A DNA stretch of 64,000 bases from Thermoplasmatota archaeon (GCA_041601615.1 JBFIHX010000007.1:64001-128000); one strand, 5' to 3'; counted from the first letter of the stretch, positions 46,523-56,790 are shown. Numbers and translations are program-made. Notes: generated from the letters alone by a model not told the origin.

Positions 46523-48441
46523 GTCCAAACGCCGCTCCGTCCCTGGAAACCCTGCCCGGAGTCGGCCCCGGACTCGCTGCGGCCCTGCGCAAACGCTTCG
46601 GCGGCGACCAAGGCTTCTTCGACGCCGCGACCCGGCTCGACGTACAAGCCATCAGCAGCGTCGAAGGCATCAGCGAACGACGCGCCGTAGACCTCGTGCG
46701 ATTCGTGCGCGGAGACGCCGATGCCGGGCGCTTCCTAGCCACCCCCGCGGCGCGAAAGGTCCACGACGCCGTCATGGAACGACTCATGCGGTTTGCCGCC
46801 ACCGACGTGGGACGCAACCGCTTGCGCCTCCTGCACCCCCTTGCAACTCCAAAGGCCGCCAAGGAACGCGCGGCGCATGTGATGGCGCAAAAAGCGAAAG
46901 TCACGGACCTCGACCGACGCCGCGTGCGCGACTTGCTGCGCCGCATCAAACCCCTGCAAGAACCGAACGCCATCTGCGACACCACTTGCTTGGTCATTGC
47001 CGGCGACGACGAGACCTACGAGAACCTGCACGGACTTGGCGTGCGCCGTTGGGCGATGCTCGGAACTGCGCGCGACGTAGAACAAGCCGGCGACGTGGAA
47101 CTTCTTCTGCTCGTGGACGCAGAAGGCATCGAAGTGGACGTGCCCCACGCACACGACGTACTTTCTGCCGGTGGACTTGCAGCGATCACCCCGCAAGCGC
47201 TTCTGGCCTGGGCCCGCGCCAACCGAGGAACCCTCGAAGCGTGCCGTGACCTCGGCGTGCTGCTGGACCGCCCCAGCCGCGCCGCCGCCGTGCTCGAAAC
47301 CGTGGACGGGCTCGGCCCCGCCGCCGCCCCAACCGACCTGATGGATTGTGTCGAGCGCGTGAAACTGGAACTTGACCAGCGCCTGGAAATCGCAGTGGCC
47401 GACCTTAGCCTCGGCGGCTCTGAATTGCTGCGCGCCGTGAGCAGCGGCACCCTCCCACCCGCCCTCAAAACCGCCGTGGACACCGTCCTACGCGAGGGTC
47501 GCAACCTTTTGCGCGAACGCACCGGCGTCAGTTTCCAACCGTTTTTGCCAAAATACCCCGTGGAAATCGACGACGACGAGGTGCAACGCGTCGTGCAAGC
47601 CGCCCAAGCCCACACGCGCACCCAGACCTTCCAAAAACAACAAGCCGCCGCCAAAATCGTCGCCCAAACCCAAGAACCGCTGGCAGCCGAAGTAGCGCAA
47701 TGGCTCGAATTCGACGCCGACTTCGCTCTCGGCTGCTTTGCCCACCACCACGACCTGCACCCAGCCCAATTCGGAGCGAACCTGCAATTTTCGTCCAGCA
47801 TCCACCTCGACCTTGCCGCAACACCCGGGGCCCAGCGCATCGCCTACCAAATTGGAGGCGAAGCACAGATTGCTGTCCTCACAGGGGCCAACAGTGGTGG
47901 AAAATCGACGCTCCTCGAACACCTTTGCCAGCTTGCGCTCATGGCACGCATGGGCCTCCCCGTCGCGGGCCAAGACGTAGAAGTTCCTTGGGTCGATGAA
48001 GTGCACCTCGTCACCGCCCGCCGCGGCATGGACGCGGGCGCCTTCGAGACTTTCCTCAAGGGCTTCCTTCCCGTCGTGCGCGGCGACGCCAAGCGCCTCG
48101 TGCTTGCTGACGAAGTGGAAAGTGTCACGGAACTAGAGGCAGCCGGCCGCATTCTGGCGTTCTTTGCCGACAAGCTCGCGGAAACCGAATCCCTCGGAGT
48201 CATTGTCACACACATGGCCGAACCGCTGCTTGCCAACGTCCGCACCGCTAAGCTGCGCGTGGACGGCATCGAGGCGACGGGGCTCGACGAGAACAACCAG
48301 TTGGTCGTGGACCGCTGCCCAAAGATGGGCGTGCGGGCGCGCTCGACTCCGGAGTTGATTGTGCAGCGGTTGGTGCGCATGGCGAATGCAGCAGATCGAG
48401 AGCTCTACGGGTCGTTGTTGACGCGGCTCGGAACACCCTAG
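46519..48441 (+). CDS. Archaeal MutS-family ATPase (MutS5-like) with N-terminal HhH motifs
   Basis: LPGVGP HhH; LTGANSGGKSTLLE; DAGAFE; LADEVESVTE; VTHM; RSTPELI; no mismatch or Smr domain. Confidence 0.9.
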   Translation: MSPNAAPSLETLPGVGPGLAAALRKRFGGDQGFFDAATRLDVQAISSVEGISERRAVDLVRFVRGDADAGRFLATPAARKVHDAVMERLMRFAATDVGRNRLRLLHPLATPKAAKERAAHVMAQKAKVTDLDRRRVRDLLRRIKPLQEPNAICDTTCLVIAGDDETYENLHGLGVRRWAMLGTARDVEQAGDVELLLLVDAEGIEVDVPHAHDVLSAGGLAAITPQALLAWARANRGTLEACRDLGVLLDRPSRAAAVLETVDGLGPAAAPTDLMDCVERVKLELDQRLEIAVADLSLGGSELLRAVSSGTLPPALKTAVDTVLREGRNLLRERTGVSFQPFLPKYPVEIDDDEVQRVVQAAQAHTRTQTFQKQQAAAKIVAQTQEPLAAEVAQWLEFDADFALGCFAHHHDLHPAQFGANLQFSSSIHLDLAATPGAQRIAYQIGGEAQIAVLTGANSGGKSTLLEHLCQLALMARMGLPVAGQDVEVPWVDEVHLVTARRGMDAGAFETFLKGFLPVVRGDAKRLVLADEVESVTELEAAGRILAFFADKLAETESLGVIVTHMAEPLLANVRTAKLRVDGIEATGLDENNQLVVDRCPKMGVRARSTPELIVQRLVRMANAADRELYGSLLTRLGTP

Positions 48442-48851
48442 GCCCACATGCGTGGGTCAAATTTCACGACCCCTTCCTTGCGCACCTCACCCCAGTCATC
48501 AGCGGCCGGATTCAGCAGCACATTCCGCCCCGGCACCACGACACTCGGAACCGTCGCCGCCAAGGCTCCCGAATCCAGAAATGCGGAGCCCCTGCGGCCG
48601 GAGCCTTCGTTGCGTTTCCCGGTCAATTCCGGTACGTCGTCGGGGATCTCGGCGCTGACGAGCCGCCATCGTTCGAGGTCTAAGGGCAGGACCCCTCCGG
48701 CCATCACTTCGAGAACCGCAAGGGCGGCGTGTTCGCTGGCATACACCATAGGCCGGCCTTTTGGATTCCAGCGGCCGGGAAATTGCCTGGCTCCTTCTCC
48801 ACTCCAGGCCTCCTTGACGAACCGTTCGTGGACGCATCGCCAGACCCGCAT
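48438..48851 (-). CDS. RES-domain toxin (ParT/MbcT-like)
   Basis: VWR, GEGA..PGRWN, VYASE, VLE, VPSVV, NVLLNP. Confidence 0.92.
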   Translation of the reverse strand: MRVWRCVHERFVKEAWSGEGARQFPGRWNPKGRPMVYASEHAALAVLEVMAGGVLPLDLERWRLVSAEIPDDVPELTGKRNEGSGRRGSAFLDSGALAATVPSVVVPGRNVLLNPAADDWGEVRKEGVVKFDPRMWA

Positions 48852-49264
48852 CAAAAGACACCGTGGGCGAGGCGGCCGAGCAGGGACTCCACTTCGGCGG
48901 CTCCGATCTCGGTACCTGCGGAAATCAAGGGAGTCCGTCCACCCAATCGAGGGTTTGCGGCCATAAGCCATTCCAAGGCGCGGGGTCCCGGAAAAAGCTC
49001 CAAGGCTGCGTCATAGATTCGTGCAATGCGTGCAATGCGCTCTGATTCATGCTCTGAAAATCCTTTTCCGGCAAGCCTTCGGCGCCCGGTGCTGACGGGA
49101 ATGTGGGCGCTTACAAACAATTGCTCCTGCGTCATGCCTGTGATTTCAAGAAATCCCCTGATTTGGGCCGATCGGAGACCTCGGTGAATCTTCTCTGCGA
49201 GGGCCAATCGATCCTCCGCCTTCACCTGGAGACTCACAATCTCAGCACTCATTTGAGACTTCAT
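48851..49264 (-). CDS. Xre/MbcA/ParS antitoxin
   Basis: ESERIARIARI, WL..NPRLGGRTPL, GAAEVESLLGRLAHGV; TGATG coupling; start 49264 or 49252. Confidence 0.92.
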   Translation of the reverse strand: MKSQMSAEIVSLQVKAEDRLALAEKIHRGLRSAQIRGFLEITGMTQEQLFVSAHIPVSTGRRRLAGKGFSEHESERIARIARIYDAALELFPGPRALEWLMAANPRLGGRTPLISAGTEIGAAEVESLLGRLAHGVF

Positions 49265-49351
49265 AGCCTCTCAAATGATATCAACCAATCGCCCACCACG
49301 CCCCGCATCGACCCAAAAACAGGTAAATACCGACCTCGGCTCGGCGCCCGA

Positions 49352-50062
49352 GTGCCTCGCCCCGCGGACGTGGAAGCCCTGAAGCAACTGGCCCTTCTTG
49401 GTGGCCTGCACGACCCCGTCGAACTTGCGTCCGCAGAGTTCGCTGACCTCATCGACGTGTCGCAGCAAACCGCAAGCCGCCGCCTCATTGAATTGACCGA
49501 AGAGGGATTCATCCGCCGCGAAATGGGGGTTCGCAAACAACGCATCCGCATCACCTCCGACGGCGAATCGCTCCTGCGCGCGGAGCACATGCAATACCGC
49601 CGGCTCTTCGAGAAACAGGAAAACATCCACATCTCGGGCACCGTCCAAACCGGCCTCGGCGAGGGGCGCTACTACCTGTCCCGCCCAGGCTACGATGCGC
49701 AATTCCAGCAGCACCTTGGCTGGCGACCGTACCCCGGCACACTCAACCTAGACCTTGGCGGCGCAGAGGCAAACAAACTCAAATTCCTTCGCAAGAACCC
49801 AGTCCACCTCATCCAAGGATTCCAAGCGGAGGGGCGCAGTTTCGGCGGCGTTACTTGCTTCCCCGCTCGCATCGGCAAACAGGAAGTGGCAGCAATTCTG
49901 CCCAACCGAACCCATTACACCACGGTGCTGGAAGTGATCGCCCCCGTCTGCTTGCGTGAAGAGCTACCGGTGGTGGACGGCGACCGCGTGGAGCTGGACT
50001 TGTTTCTGGACGGCGTACCAACCACCGACGTGATTCGTGCGCACCCGGAGGCAGAGTCGTGA
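49352..50062 (+). CDS. ribK: CTP-dependent riboflavin kinase with N-terminal wHTH (RbkR-type)
   Basis: SQQTASRRL; GLGEGRYY, PYPGTLN, PNRTHY, LEVIAP. Confidence 0.93.
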   Translation: MPRPADVEALKQLALLGGLHDPVELASAEFADLIDVSQQTASRRLIELTEEGFIRREMGVRKQRIRITSDGESLLRAEHMQYRRLFEKQENIHISGTVQTGLGEGRYYLSRPGYDAQFQQHLGWRPYPGTLNLDLGGAEANKLKFLRKNPVHLIQGFQAEGRSFGGVTCFPARIGKQEVAAILPNRTHYTTVLEVIAPVCLREELPVVDGDRVELDLFLDGVPTTDVIRAHPEAES

Positions 50063-50604
50063 ACATCGAAGTGCTTCGGCTCGGGCACCGCCCACAACGA
50101 GACAAACGCATTACGACCCACGTTTGCCTTACCGCCCGCGCACTCGGCGCCAACCGTGTGTGCATCGCGGAAGAAGACGGCAGCATCGCCACATCCGTTA
50201 CGGATCTCACGGCCCGGTTCGGAGGCAATTTCGTCCTGGAACACAACACCGGCTGGAAAGGCGTGGTGCGTCGCTGGAAAGAGGCAGGGGGCCAAGTTGT
50301 GCACCTTACCATGTACGGTCGACCCCTCGGCGTTGCTGTGCCGGAGATTCTTGCCCGAGGCTCGGATGTATTGGTGGTCGTGGGCGCCGAAAAGGTTCCC
50401 GGAGACTTGTACAAACTGGCAGACGAAAACGTCGCGGTCGGCAACCAGCCACACTCGGAGGTCGCTGCATTGGCGCTTCTGATGGATCGGCTGCGGGATG
50501 GCGCTTGGGAGTCGGACGAGTTTGCCGGCGCGGAATTGCGAGTGGTTCCGGAGGCACACGGCAAACGCGTGCTCGGCGCATCGGACGAACCTGAAACAGA
50601 GTAG
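50059..50604 (+). CDS. trm56: tRNA (cytidine(56)-2'-O)-methyltransferase
   Basis: LRLGHRPQRDKRITTHV, VHLTMYG, VGAEKVP, NQPHSEVAAL. Confidence 0.96.
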   Translation: MNIEVLRLGHRPQRDKRITTHVCLTARALGANRVCIAEEDGSIATSVTDLTARFGGNFVLEHNTGWKGVVRRWKEAGGQVVHLTMYGRPLGVAVPEILARGSDVLVVVGAEKVPGDLYKLADENVAVGNQPHSEVAALALLMDRLRDGAWESDEFAGAELRVVPEAHGKRVLGASDEPETE

Positions 50605-50669
50605 CAAGCCGACTCCACGGGTATGATGCCAAACCGTTATCCCGACCTCGAAGGTCCCCAAGTTGGACC

Positions 50670-51200
50670 ATGACTGTACGCACGGCGGATTGGATTCCGA
50701 GCCTGGAAGACCCCGAAATTCAGCGCTACCTATTCGAGGAAGTGGGCGAGGAGGGCATGGAGATGTCCAAGTTCCTTCAGGACAATGAACCAATCTCCAG
50801 CGTGGACATTCTCGACCACTACGCCGAGCGCAAGCCGTCCGACGTGCGCAAAGTTCTCTATCGACTCATGGAGGCGCACGCTGCCGAGTACGAGAAGGAC
50901 ACCGACAAAGCCGGCTGGGAGACGTTTACCTGGCGCCTAGACTTGGCCGAAGTGGCTTTGATTCTGCGCCGCCGCTGGGCCGATGAATTGGTGCACTTGC
51001 AGAAGCAATTGCGCTTCGAATTGGACCACGAGTACTACGCGTGCGATGACCTGCACCGCCGCATGGTGTTCGAGGATGCGATGGACATCAACTTCCACTG
51101 CCCCGTGTGCCAGAAGCCCATGGAGCCCGTGGACAACGCCATGGTCATTGAGGCACTGCGTGGCCGCGTCCAAGAACTGGAACCGTTCGTCACGGCCTAA
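50670..51200 (+). CDS. tfe: Transcription factor E (TFIIE alpha)
   Basis: VRKVLYRL, GWETFTW, YYAC...FEDAM...FHCPVC Zn ribbon. Confidence 0.9.
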   Translation: MTVRTADWIPSLEDPEIQRYLFEEVGEEGMEMSKFLQDNEPISSVDILDHYAERKPSDVRKVLYRLMEAHAAEYEKDTDKAGWETFTWRLDLAEVALILRRRWADELVHLQKQLRFELDHEYYACDDLHRRMVFEDAMDINFHCPVCQKPMEPVDNAMVIEALRGRVQELEPFVTA

Positions 51201-51738
51201 AGCCTGGCGCGCCCTCGTGGCCGCCGCCCCACCCGCGTGGGTGCTCGATCATGTGCTTGCCGTCGAAGGCCTCGCGGTCGCCATGGCCATGCGCGCCGAA
51301 GAAGTCGGACTCGAAGTGGACGTGGAACTTGTCAGCACCGGCTCATTGCTGCATGACATCGGTCGAAGCGTGACCCAGGATTTGCACCATGCCCATGTGG
51401 GCGCCGACCTCCTGCGCCAACCGCCGCCCTGGCCAGAACCGGTGTGTCGCATCGCCGAGACGCATACAGGCGCAGGTGTTACGCCCGAGGACGCAACGGC
51501 AGCAGGGTTGCCGGCACGCGACTACATGCCCAGGAGCCTAGAGGAACGCATCGTGGCGCACGCGGACAATTTGTTTTCAGGCACCCGGCGGCTGACGCTT
51601 GAAGAGGTTGTGGCCAAGTACGAAGCGAAGGGACTAGCGGAAGCCAGGGGCCAAATCATCCTTTTGCACCATACTTTATCGTGCAAACTTCGCATGGAAA
51701 TGGATTTAATGCCCATAATTGAACTAGATCACCCTTAG
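51160..51738 (+). CDS. HD-domain phosphohydrolase (TIGR00295-like)
   Basis: LLHDIGR, HAHVGA, HTGAG, EERIVAHADNL; start uncertain (51160 or 51217). Confidence 0.85.
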   Translation: MAASKNWNRSSRPKAWRALVAAAPPAWVLDHVLAVEGLAVAMAMRAEEVGLEVDVELVSTGSLLHDIGRSVTQDLHHAHVGADLLRQPPPWPEPVCRIAETHTGAGVTPEDATAAGLPARDYMPRSLEERIVAHADNLFSGTRRLTLEEVVAKYEAKGLAEARGQIILLHHTLSCKLRMEMDLMPIIELDHP

Positions 51739-51762
51739 CAAGAGAGAAAAGAGGTGAATAAA

Positions 51763-52623
51763 CTAGCAGGTTCCGCCGGAACCATATCGGACGCACGGGC
51801 CGCCACCGCCACCACCACCACCACCGCCGAACAAAGTGGGGCCGCAAGCGCCTTCGCGCATGAAATATACTCCGGTTTCAAGCTGCGTCTCAAAATACCT
51901 ATAATGCCCAGCACAAACGGTTGTACCACCATCCGAATCGCTAACTATGAGAATACACGCAGCATCCCCTTTTATATCGCCATTATTAACATTTGAGTAA
52001 TCATAAAGGCCAATACAGTATCCAATATTATCAGTTTCATCATATTGATCATAGAAATCTACGAAATGGTGGCAGATGCCAAATACATCATCTCGAACCC
52101 CGACCTTATACAAGCAATTCAAGGGATCAGAAGAGGAAGTCTCTACCGATGGTATCGTAGGAGCAAAGGACCATGGGGCAGGAACATATTGAATGTCCAA
52201 ACAGACCTCATCCGGCGAAACACATGTCACGACCGGGACGGGAATCTCATCCGGGAGAATTCCCGTTACGAACCCTAGGTCGATGGGAATACACGAATTA
52301 ATGCGGAACTGATTTTCATCCATCGGCCTTCCGGTGCAGAGCCACCACTCTAAGCCCAATGGGTGGCTGTGAAGACAAATGATGGAGGAACCGCCCCCAA
52401 CCGCGTAAGCACTAATGGCCAGGCACAAATTGGTTTCTGCCAAATCTCTTTCGACACAAGTTGCGACAAACCAATAGTAAATACCTTGATTGGGCCATTC
52501 AAACTCCAAATAATTGCAGTTAATGTCTCGATCTTGGCCTTCCCAAGTGGACGCTTGGGCGGGGCCAGTTGCTGAACTTAGTACCAAGGCAGCTAGAGCC
52601 ACCATCATGATCTTTTTTAACAT
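51763..52623 (-). CDS. Low-GC Cys-rich secreted protein with poly-Gly tail
   Basis: Signal MLKKIMMVALAALVLSSATGPAQA; 16 Cys; ends FGGGGGGGGGGPCVRYGSGGTC. Confidence 0.75.
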   Translation of the reverse strand: MLKKIMMVALAALVLSSATGPAQASTWEGQDRDINCNYLEFEWPNQGIYYWFVATCVERDLAETNLCLAISAYAVGGGSSIICLHSHPLGLEWWLCTGRPMDENQFRINSCIPIDLGFVTGILPDEIPVPVVTCVSPDEVCLDIQYVPAPWSFAPTIPSVETSSSDPLNCLYKVGVRDDVFGICHHFVDFYDQYDETDNIGYCIGLYDYSNVNNGDIKGDAACILIVSDSDGGTTVCAGHYRYFETQLETGVYFMREGACGPTLFGGGGGGGGGGPCVRYGSGGTC

Positions 52624-52968
52624 TGTTACACCTTTTAGTTTTCTATCTACTCATATGTTGCACACAGCACAACATCAAATCCCAATGTTCAGGCGTATAA
52701 AAGCATTCGCGTAAATTGACATTATTTTTCATGAAGTTCGCCTTGCGAATTTCTCCATCGTTCTTTGCCGAAGGTCGCATTTCGACTGAGTTCGTAGCAG
52801 ATTTGAGGATATAACCTGATCACGAATTCAACAGTTCGAATTAAGCCCGTAAATAGTCATAAGTATGTTTATACCCGTCATTGGGACATGCGCGGAGATT
52901 TATAGTCTCCCATCCTCCACTATACAGCTAAAAAACCAAGAAAAATGTATAATTCCAACAGATGAAAG

Positions 52969-53664
52969 CTACCACCGCGTCGTGAACCGCTTCTTCCACA
53001 GCGCCTTCAGGTTGCCAAAGCCGTCGCGCCAGGATTCAATCACCGCGTCGCCGATGCGGGCGTGCAACTCGGAGGGAATCTCGGCAGAGGCCACGTCGCG
53101 CCGCTTGAACGCCTCCAATTTGATTTCCTGACTGAAGGCCATGCCGTCCGGGAGCGATTCGAAGGGAATGCGGTCTAGGGCGCTCCGGCGGATGATCCAC
53201 ATGCCGCTTTGGCTGTCGCGCACTCGGACCCAGAATAGGTTACGAAGCGTTGCGCTCAGGATGAAGTTGCCAAGGCGGTGCTTGGGGCTCATGCTGCCTT
53301 CGTGGAGGGTGCCGTAGCGGTCGCAGGTCACGAAGTCAAGGTCGTTGTCCAAGAGGTGCCGCACGTACTCGGAGGTCTTGTCGAAAGGATAGGTGCCGTC
53401 CGCGTCGCCGGTTACAATCACGTCGCCCGTTGCGGCAGCGAAACCAGTCTTGTAGGCGCGGCCATAGCCTTTGCGAGGTTCCACGATCACGCGGGCTCCT
53501 CGCACCTCGGCCTCAGATTGGGTTCGGTCCTTGCTGTTGCCATCGACGACCAGCAACTCCCAAGACCAGCCGGCTTCCTGGAATGCGTCCGTGTCCACGG
53601 CGTCGAGGGTGGGGCCGATGCCTTGTTCTTCGTTCAGAGTCGGGATGACGATGCTTACTTTCAT
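52969..53664 (-). CDS. GT2 glycosyltransferase (dolichol-phosphate sugar synthase-like)
   Basis: IPTLNEE, VDGNSKD, KGYG, DADGTY, DSQSG. Confidence 0.92.
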   Translation of the reverse strand: MKVSIVIPTLNEEQGIGPTLDAVDTDAFQEAGWSWELLVVDGNSKDRTQSEAEVRGARVIVEPRKGYGRAYKTGFAAATGDVIVTGDADGTYPFDKTSEYVRHLLDNDLDFVTCDRYGTLHEGSMSPKHRLGNFILSATLRNLFWVRVRDSQSGMWIIRRSALDRIPFESLPDGMAFSQEIKLEAFKRRDVASAEIPSELHARIGDAVIESWRDGFGNLKALWKKRFTTRW

Positions 53665-54488
53665 GCGTGTCCTCCGGGAGGCTTGCGGCCCGCCTTCGCG
53701 GAAAGGTATCCGAGAAATCCGAAACCGGCGCGCAACAGGCCCCAGACGGAGCCACCTTGCAGGCGCAGCATTTCGTGGAGTTTGTATTGGTGCCAGAGCC
53801 GGCCGTGCTTGCGCGTCAGTTGCTTGCGGCCAAATCCGTTCCAGTAGGCTTGGCGAAGGAAGCTGCTGACCGATTCGCGGGCGCGGGCATACACAATGGC
53901 GTCCTTGGCGTGGATGATGGCGGCGCCGGCGGCCACGGCGCGGTAGTTGAGGTCGATGTCCTCGGCAGTAACGAAGCGGGCGTCGAAGCGCCCAAGTTCC
54001 TCAAACAGCGCGCGTGGGTAGGCCAAGTTGCAACTGGGCCAAGTGGTGTCCTGTCCTTTGTGCGGAAGTTCGACGCGGTGCAGGCGGGTAAACGCCCAGA
54101 AGCCGATTACGTCGGTGCGGCCGGCTACGACGCGGCGCGGGTCGCTTTGCCAAGCATCCCACAGTCGTTGGGTCCAGTTCGCATTGGCAATGCAGTCGCC
54201 ATCGATGAATGCAAGTAGGTCGCCCGTGGCGGCTGCGGCTCCGATGTTGCGCCCTTCGCCGCGGCTGCATGGTTGTTGGATGATGCGCAGCGGCAGGAGT
54301 CCTTCGAAGCTGCGGGCACGTTCCACCGTGTTGTCCGTGCTCATGGCGTCCACGAGGATGACCTCGCGCAGATGCGCCTGGCGCATCAGGCTGTCCAATA
54401 GGTGCCGGATGTGGCGGGATTCGTTGCGAACGGTGACGACCACGCTGACGCCGCCCGACCCTTCGTGCGTCTGGGTCGTTTCGCTCAC
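53661..54488 (-). CDS. GT2 glycosyltransferase
   Basis: VDAMSTD, GRNIG, FIDGD, AEDIDL. Confidence 0.9.
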   Translation of the reverse strand: MSETTQTHEGSGGVSVVVTVRNESRHIRHLLDSLMRQAHLREVILVDAMSTDNTVERARSFEGLLPLRIIQQPCSRGEGRNIGAAAATGDLLAFIDGDCIANANWTQRLWDAWQSDPRRVVAGRTDVIGFWAFTRLHRVELPHKGQDTTWPSCNLAYPRALFEELGRFDARFVTAEDIDLNYRAVAAGAAIIHAKDAIVYARARESVSSFLRQAYWNGFGRKQLTRKHGRLWHQYKLHEMLRLQGGSVWGLLRAGFGFLGYLSAKAGRKPPGGHA

Positions 54489-56086
54489 GACTCCTTGACC
54501 TCCAGGTGCTTCTTGGGGCTTTGGCCCGATAGCATGCGCTTGACATCGGCCCAGTCGCCCCGGTGCAGTTCACCAAGGAGCGCCAGCAGCGCGCCGAAAA
54601 TCACGACGGTCATGACGCCATACAGGAGCAAATCCCAAATGCGTAGAATGGGCGGAAGCACGCGCCCCAGCGCCAGGAGCGTTGCGAGTGTCACGCCGGC
54701 GGCCAGAACGTGGATTTGGAGGTGGCGGCTGAAGAACGGGTGTTCGGTCCATTCGTACGCCTTGCCTCGATAAGCGGCAAACAAAACCACACCGGCGGCC
54801 AAGGTTGCGATGCTTGCGCCGACACCACCGAGGCCCCCGAGGCGCACTCCGAACAAGGACTCGGGGATGAGAACGACGTTGAGCACGAGGTTGACGCCGA
54901 GTGCCCAGAGCGCCGCGATGCCTGCAAATTTTTGCTCGCCAAAACCGAAGGCCTTGGTGCGCAGCGGAATCGTCATGGAGATCAGGAGGCTGTTGCCGAG
55001 CAGCAGAACCATCATGGGCGCTCCGGCCAGGAACGCATCGCTGAGCACAATGTGGATCGTGGGTCGTGTCGCGGTCCAGCCCACGAGCAGGACGGGCCAG
55101 ACGAGAATGCTGATCCAGCGCTCGGCCTGCAAGACGGTGCGCGCCACGTCCTCGATGCGGCCTTCTTTGTGCAGGCGGCTAATGACGGGAAGCAGCGACA
55201 CACGCACGCCGTTGGCAAGAATCAAGACGAATTCGCTGAGCTTGGTGGCTCCCGCGTAGTGGCCCACGTCGGCGTTGGTGCTCCAGAATCCAATCATCAC
55301 TTGGTCCATGCGGCTCATGAGCACGGCGGCGGTGCTTACGACCATGATGGGCACCGTGGCATGCATGTAGTCACGGGCCACGTCCATTCGAGGCGCTCCA
55401 AAGGGAACACGGGTGCGCCACAGCAACAACAAACTAAGCACAAGCGCCACTATTTCTCCCGCAAGAAATGCCGCCATGAGCCAGAGCAATCCTTGCCCAA
55501 AGCCCACGGGCCCCGTGGCGCCAAACAAATCAGCGACGTACCGGCTGAGGCCGGGAACCGGACTCCAGCGGCCATGGCTTTCGGCGTAGGCGACCGAGGC
55601 AAGCACCGTCAGCACGACTGTGACAAGGGTATTGGAAAATAGGGTCCATTCGCGGTACCGGATGCGCTCCAGTCCTCCAAAGGTGTTGACAGCTACATCC
55701 TTGAGACTCTTGGCCACCACCACCGCGACGCCCAGCCACAATGCTTGCACAGTCACGTCTTGCACGCCGCGACCCAGCACGACGAACCAAAGCCAACCAA
55801 AACCCACGGCTAGCAACACAAAGCCGGCAGTGAGCAGCAATTTGAGCGCAAGATAGGTCCCCATGGAGGCGGCCACGTCGTCGCCTCGGGCAATCCGCCG
55901 CGTATGTGTAATGGGAAATCCAAGCCGGCACACAAGGCCGAAGAGGTACGCGATGGCGAGCACGTACGCCTGCGCGCCCACCAATTCGTCGCCCATGAAT
56001 CGGGCCATCATGAACAGTCCGACGTAACCGAGGGCGGCGCCAAGGAGGCTGTTTGCGACCACCAGCACCGACCGACGGGCAAACAT
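54485..56086 (-). CDS. Flippase (Wzx/polysaccharide biosynthesis family)
   Basis: Many TMs; MDQVMIG...VGHY, VNLVLNVVLIP...GASIAT. Confidence 0.88.
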   Translation of the reverse strand: MFARRSVLVVANSLLGAALGYVGLFMMARFMGDELVGAQAYVLAIAYLFGLVCRLGFPITHTRRIARGDDVAASMGTYLALKLLLTAGFVLLAVGFGWLWFVVLGRGVQDVTVQALWLGVAVVVAKSLKDVAVNTFGGLERIRYREWTLFSNTLVTVVLTVLASVAYAESHGRWSPVPGLSRYVADLFGATGPVGFGQGLLWLMAAFLAGEIVALVLSLLLLWRTRVPFGAPRMDVARDYMHATVPIMVVSTAAVLMSRMDQVMIGFWSTNADVGHYAGATKLSEFVLILANGVRVSLLPVISRLHKEGRIEDVARTVLQAERWISILVWPVLLVGWTATRPTIHIVLSDAFLAGAPMMVLLLGNSLLISMTIPLRTKAFGFGEQKFAGIAALWALGVNLVLNVVLIPESLFGVRLGGLGGVGASIATLAAGVVLFAAYRGKAYEWTEHPFFSRHLQIHVLAAGVTLATLLALGRVLPPILRIWDLLLYGVMTVVIFGALLALLGELHRGDWADVKRMLSGQSPKKHLEVKES

Positions 56087-56088
56087 GG

Positions 56089-56766
56089 TTACTCAAAGAG
56101 CGCGCGGGCTTGCTCCAGATCCTCGGGAAAATCAATCTCCATGGCTCGAAGTTCCCCCACGGGAACGCAGCGCACGGGCTTGGCGGTGAATGGAAGCATG
56201 TGCTCGATGGCCCGCTCGAAGTACGCCTGCATTTCCAGGTACTCCAAAGCTCGGCGGTACAGGGCTCGATCGTTGGCCGCGATGAAGTTGATGCCCACCG
56301 CTTCGCCCTCGCCGTGCACTTGCTTCGAGAGCGCTTGCAAGCGACCCTCGCGAATGCGGTACTTGATCTCCTCGTCGCCACACACACGCGGATCCACCGC
56401 GAGGCTCGTGGTCTCAGGGTCCGAGGTGACCAGGGGTACAATTTCGTCGTCGAACACCACGTCGCCATTCAAGCAAAGAACGCCGCCTTCTGGCACTGCC
56501 GAGATTCCGACGAGTGTCGATTTGCCAGTGTTCGTGTCCATGTACATCGGGTTGTCCACGAACCGCACGCCGGGCCTGGCCGCGACCGCCCGCACTTCGT
56601 CTCCCTTGAATCCGGTGACGATCCACACATCCGTGACGCCGTGCGCGGCCAAATTGTCCAATTGGTGCTCGATGATGGTTTTGCCGGCGATTTTGATGAG
56701 GGCTTTGGGAACGTCATGTCCAAGGCGGCTGCCAAAGCCGGCGGCAAGGATCAGTGCATGCACCAT
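56089..56766 (-). CDS. Nucleotidyltransferase (phosphocholine cytidylyltransferase-like)
   Basis: ILAAGFGSRL..PKAL, LNGDV, EEIK, EIDFPEDL. Confidence 0.88.
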   Translation of the reverse strand: MVHALILAAGFGSRLGHDVPKALIKIAGKTIIEHQLDNLAAHGVTDVWIVTGFKGDEVRAVAARPGVRFVDNPMYMDTNTGKSTLVGISAVPEGGVLCLNGDVVFDDEIVPLVTSDPETTSLAVDPRVCGDEEIKYRIREGRLQALSKQVHGEGEAVGINFIAANDRALYRRALEYLEMQAYFERAIEHMLPFTAKPVRCVPVGELRAMEIDFPEDLEQARALFE

Positions 56767-56790
56767 ATCCAGTTGGACCCTGTCGTCGCC

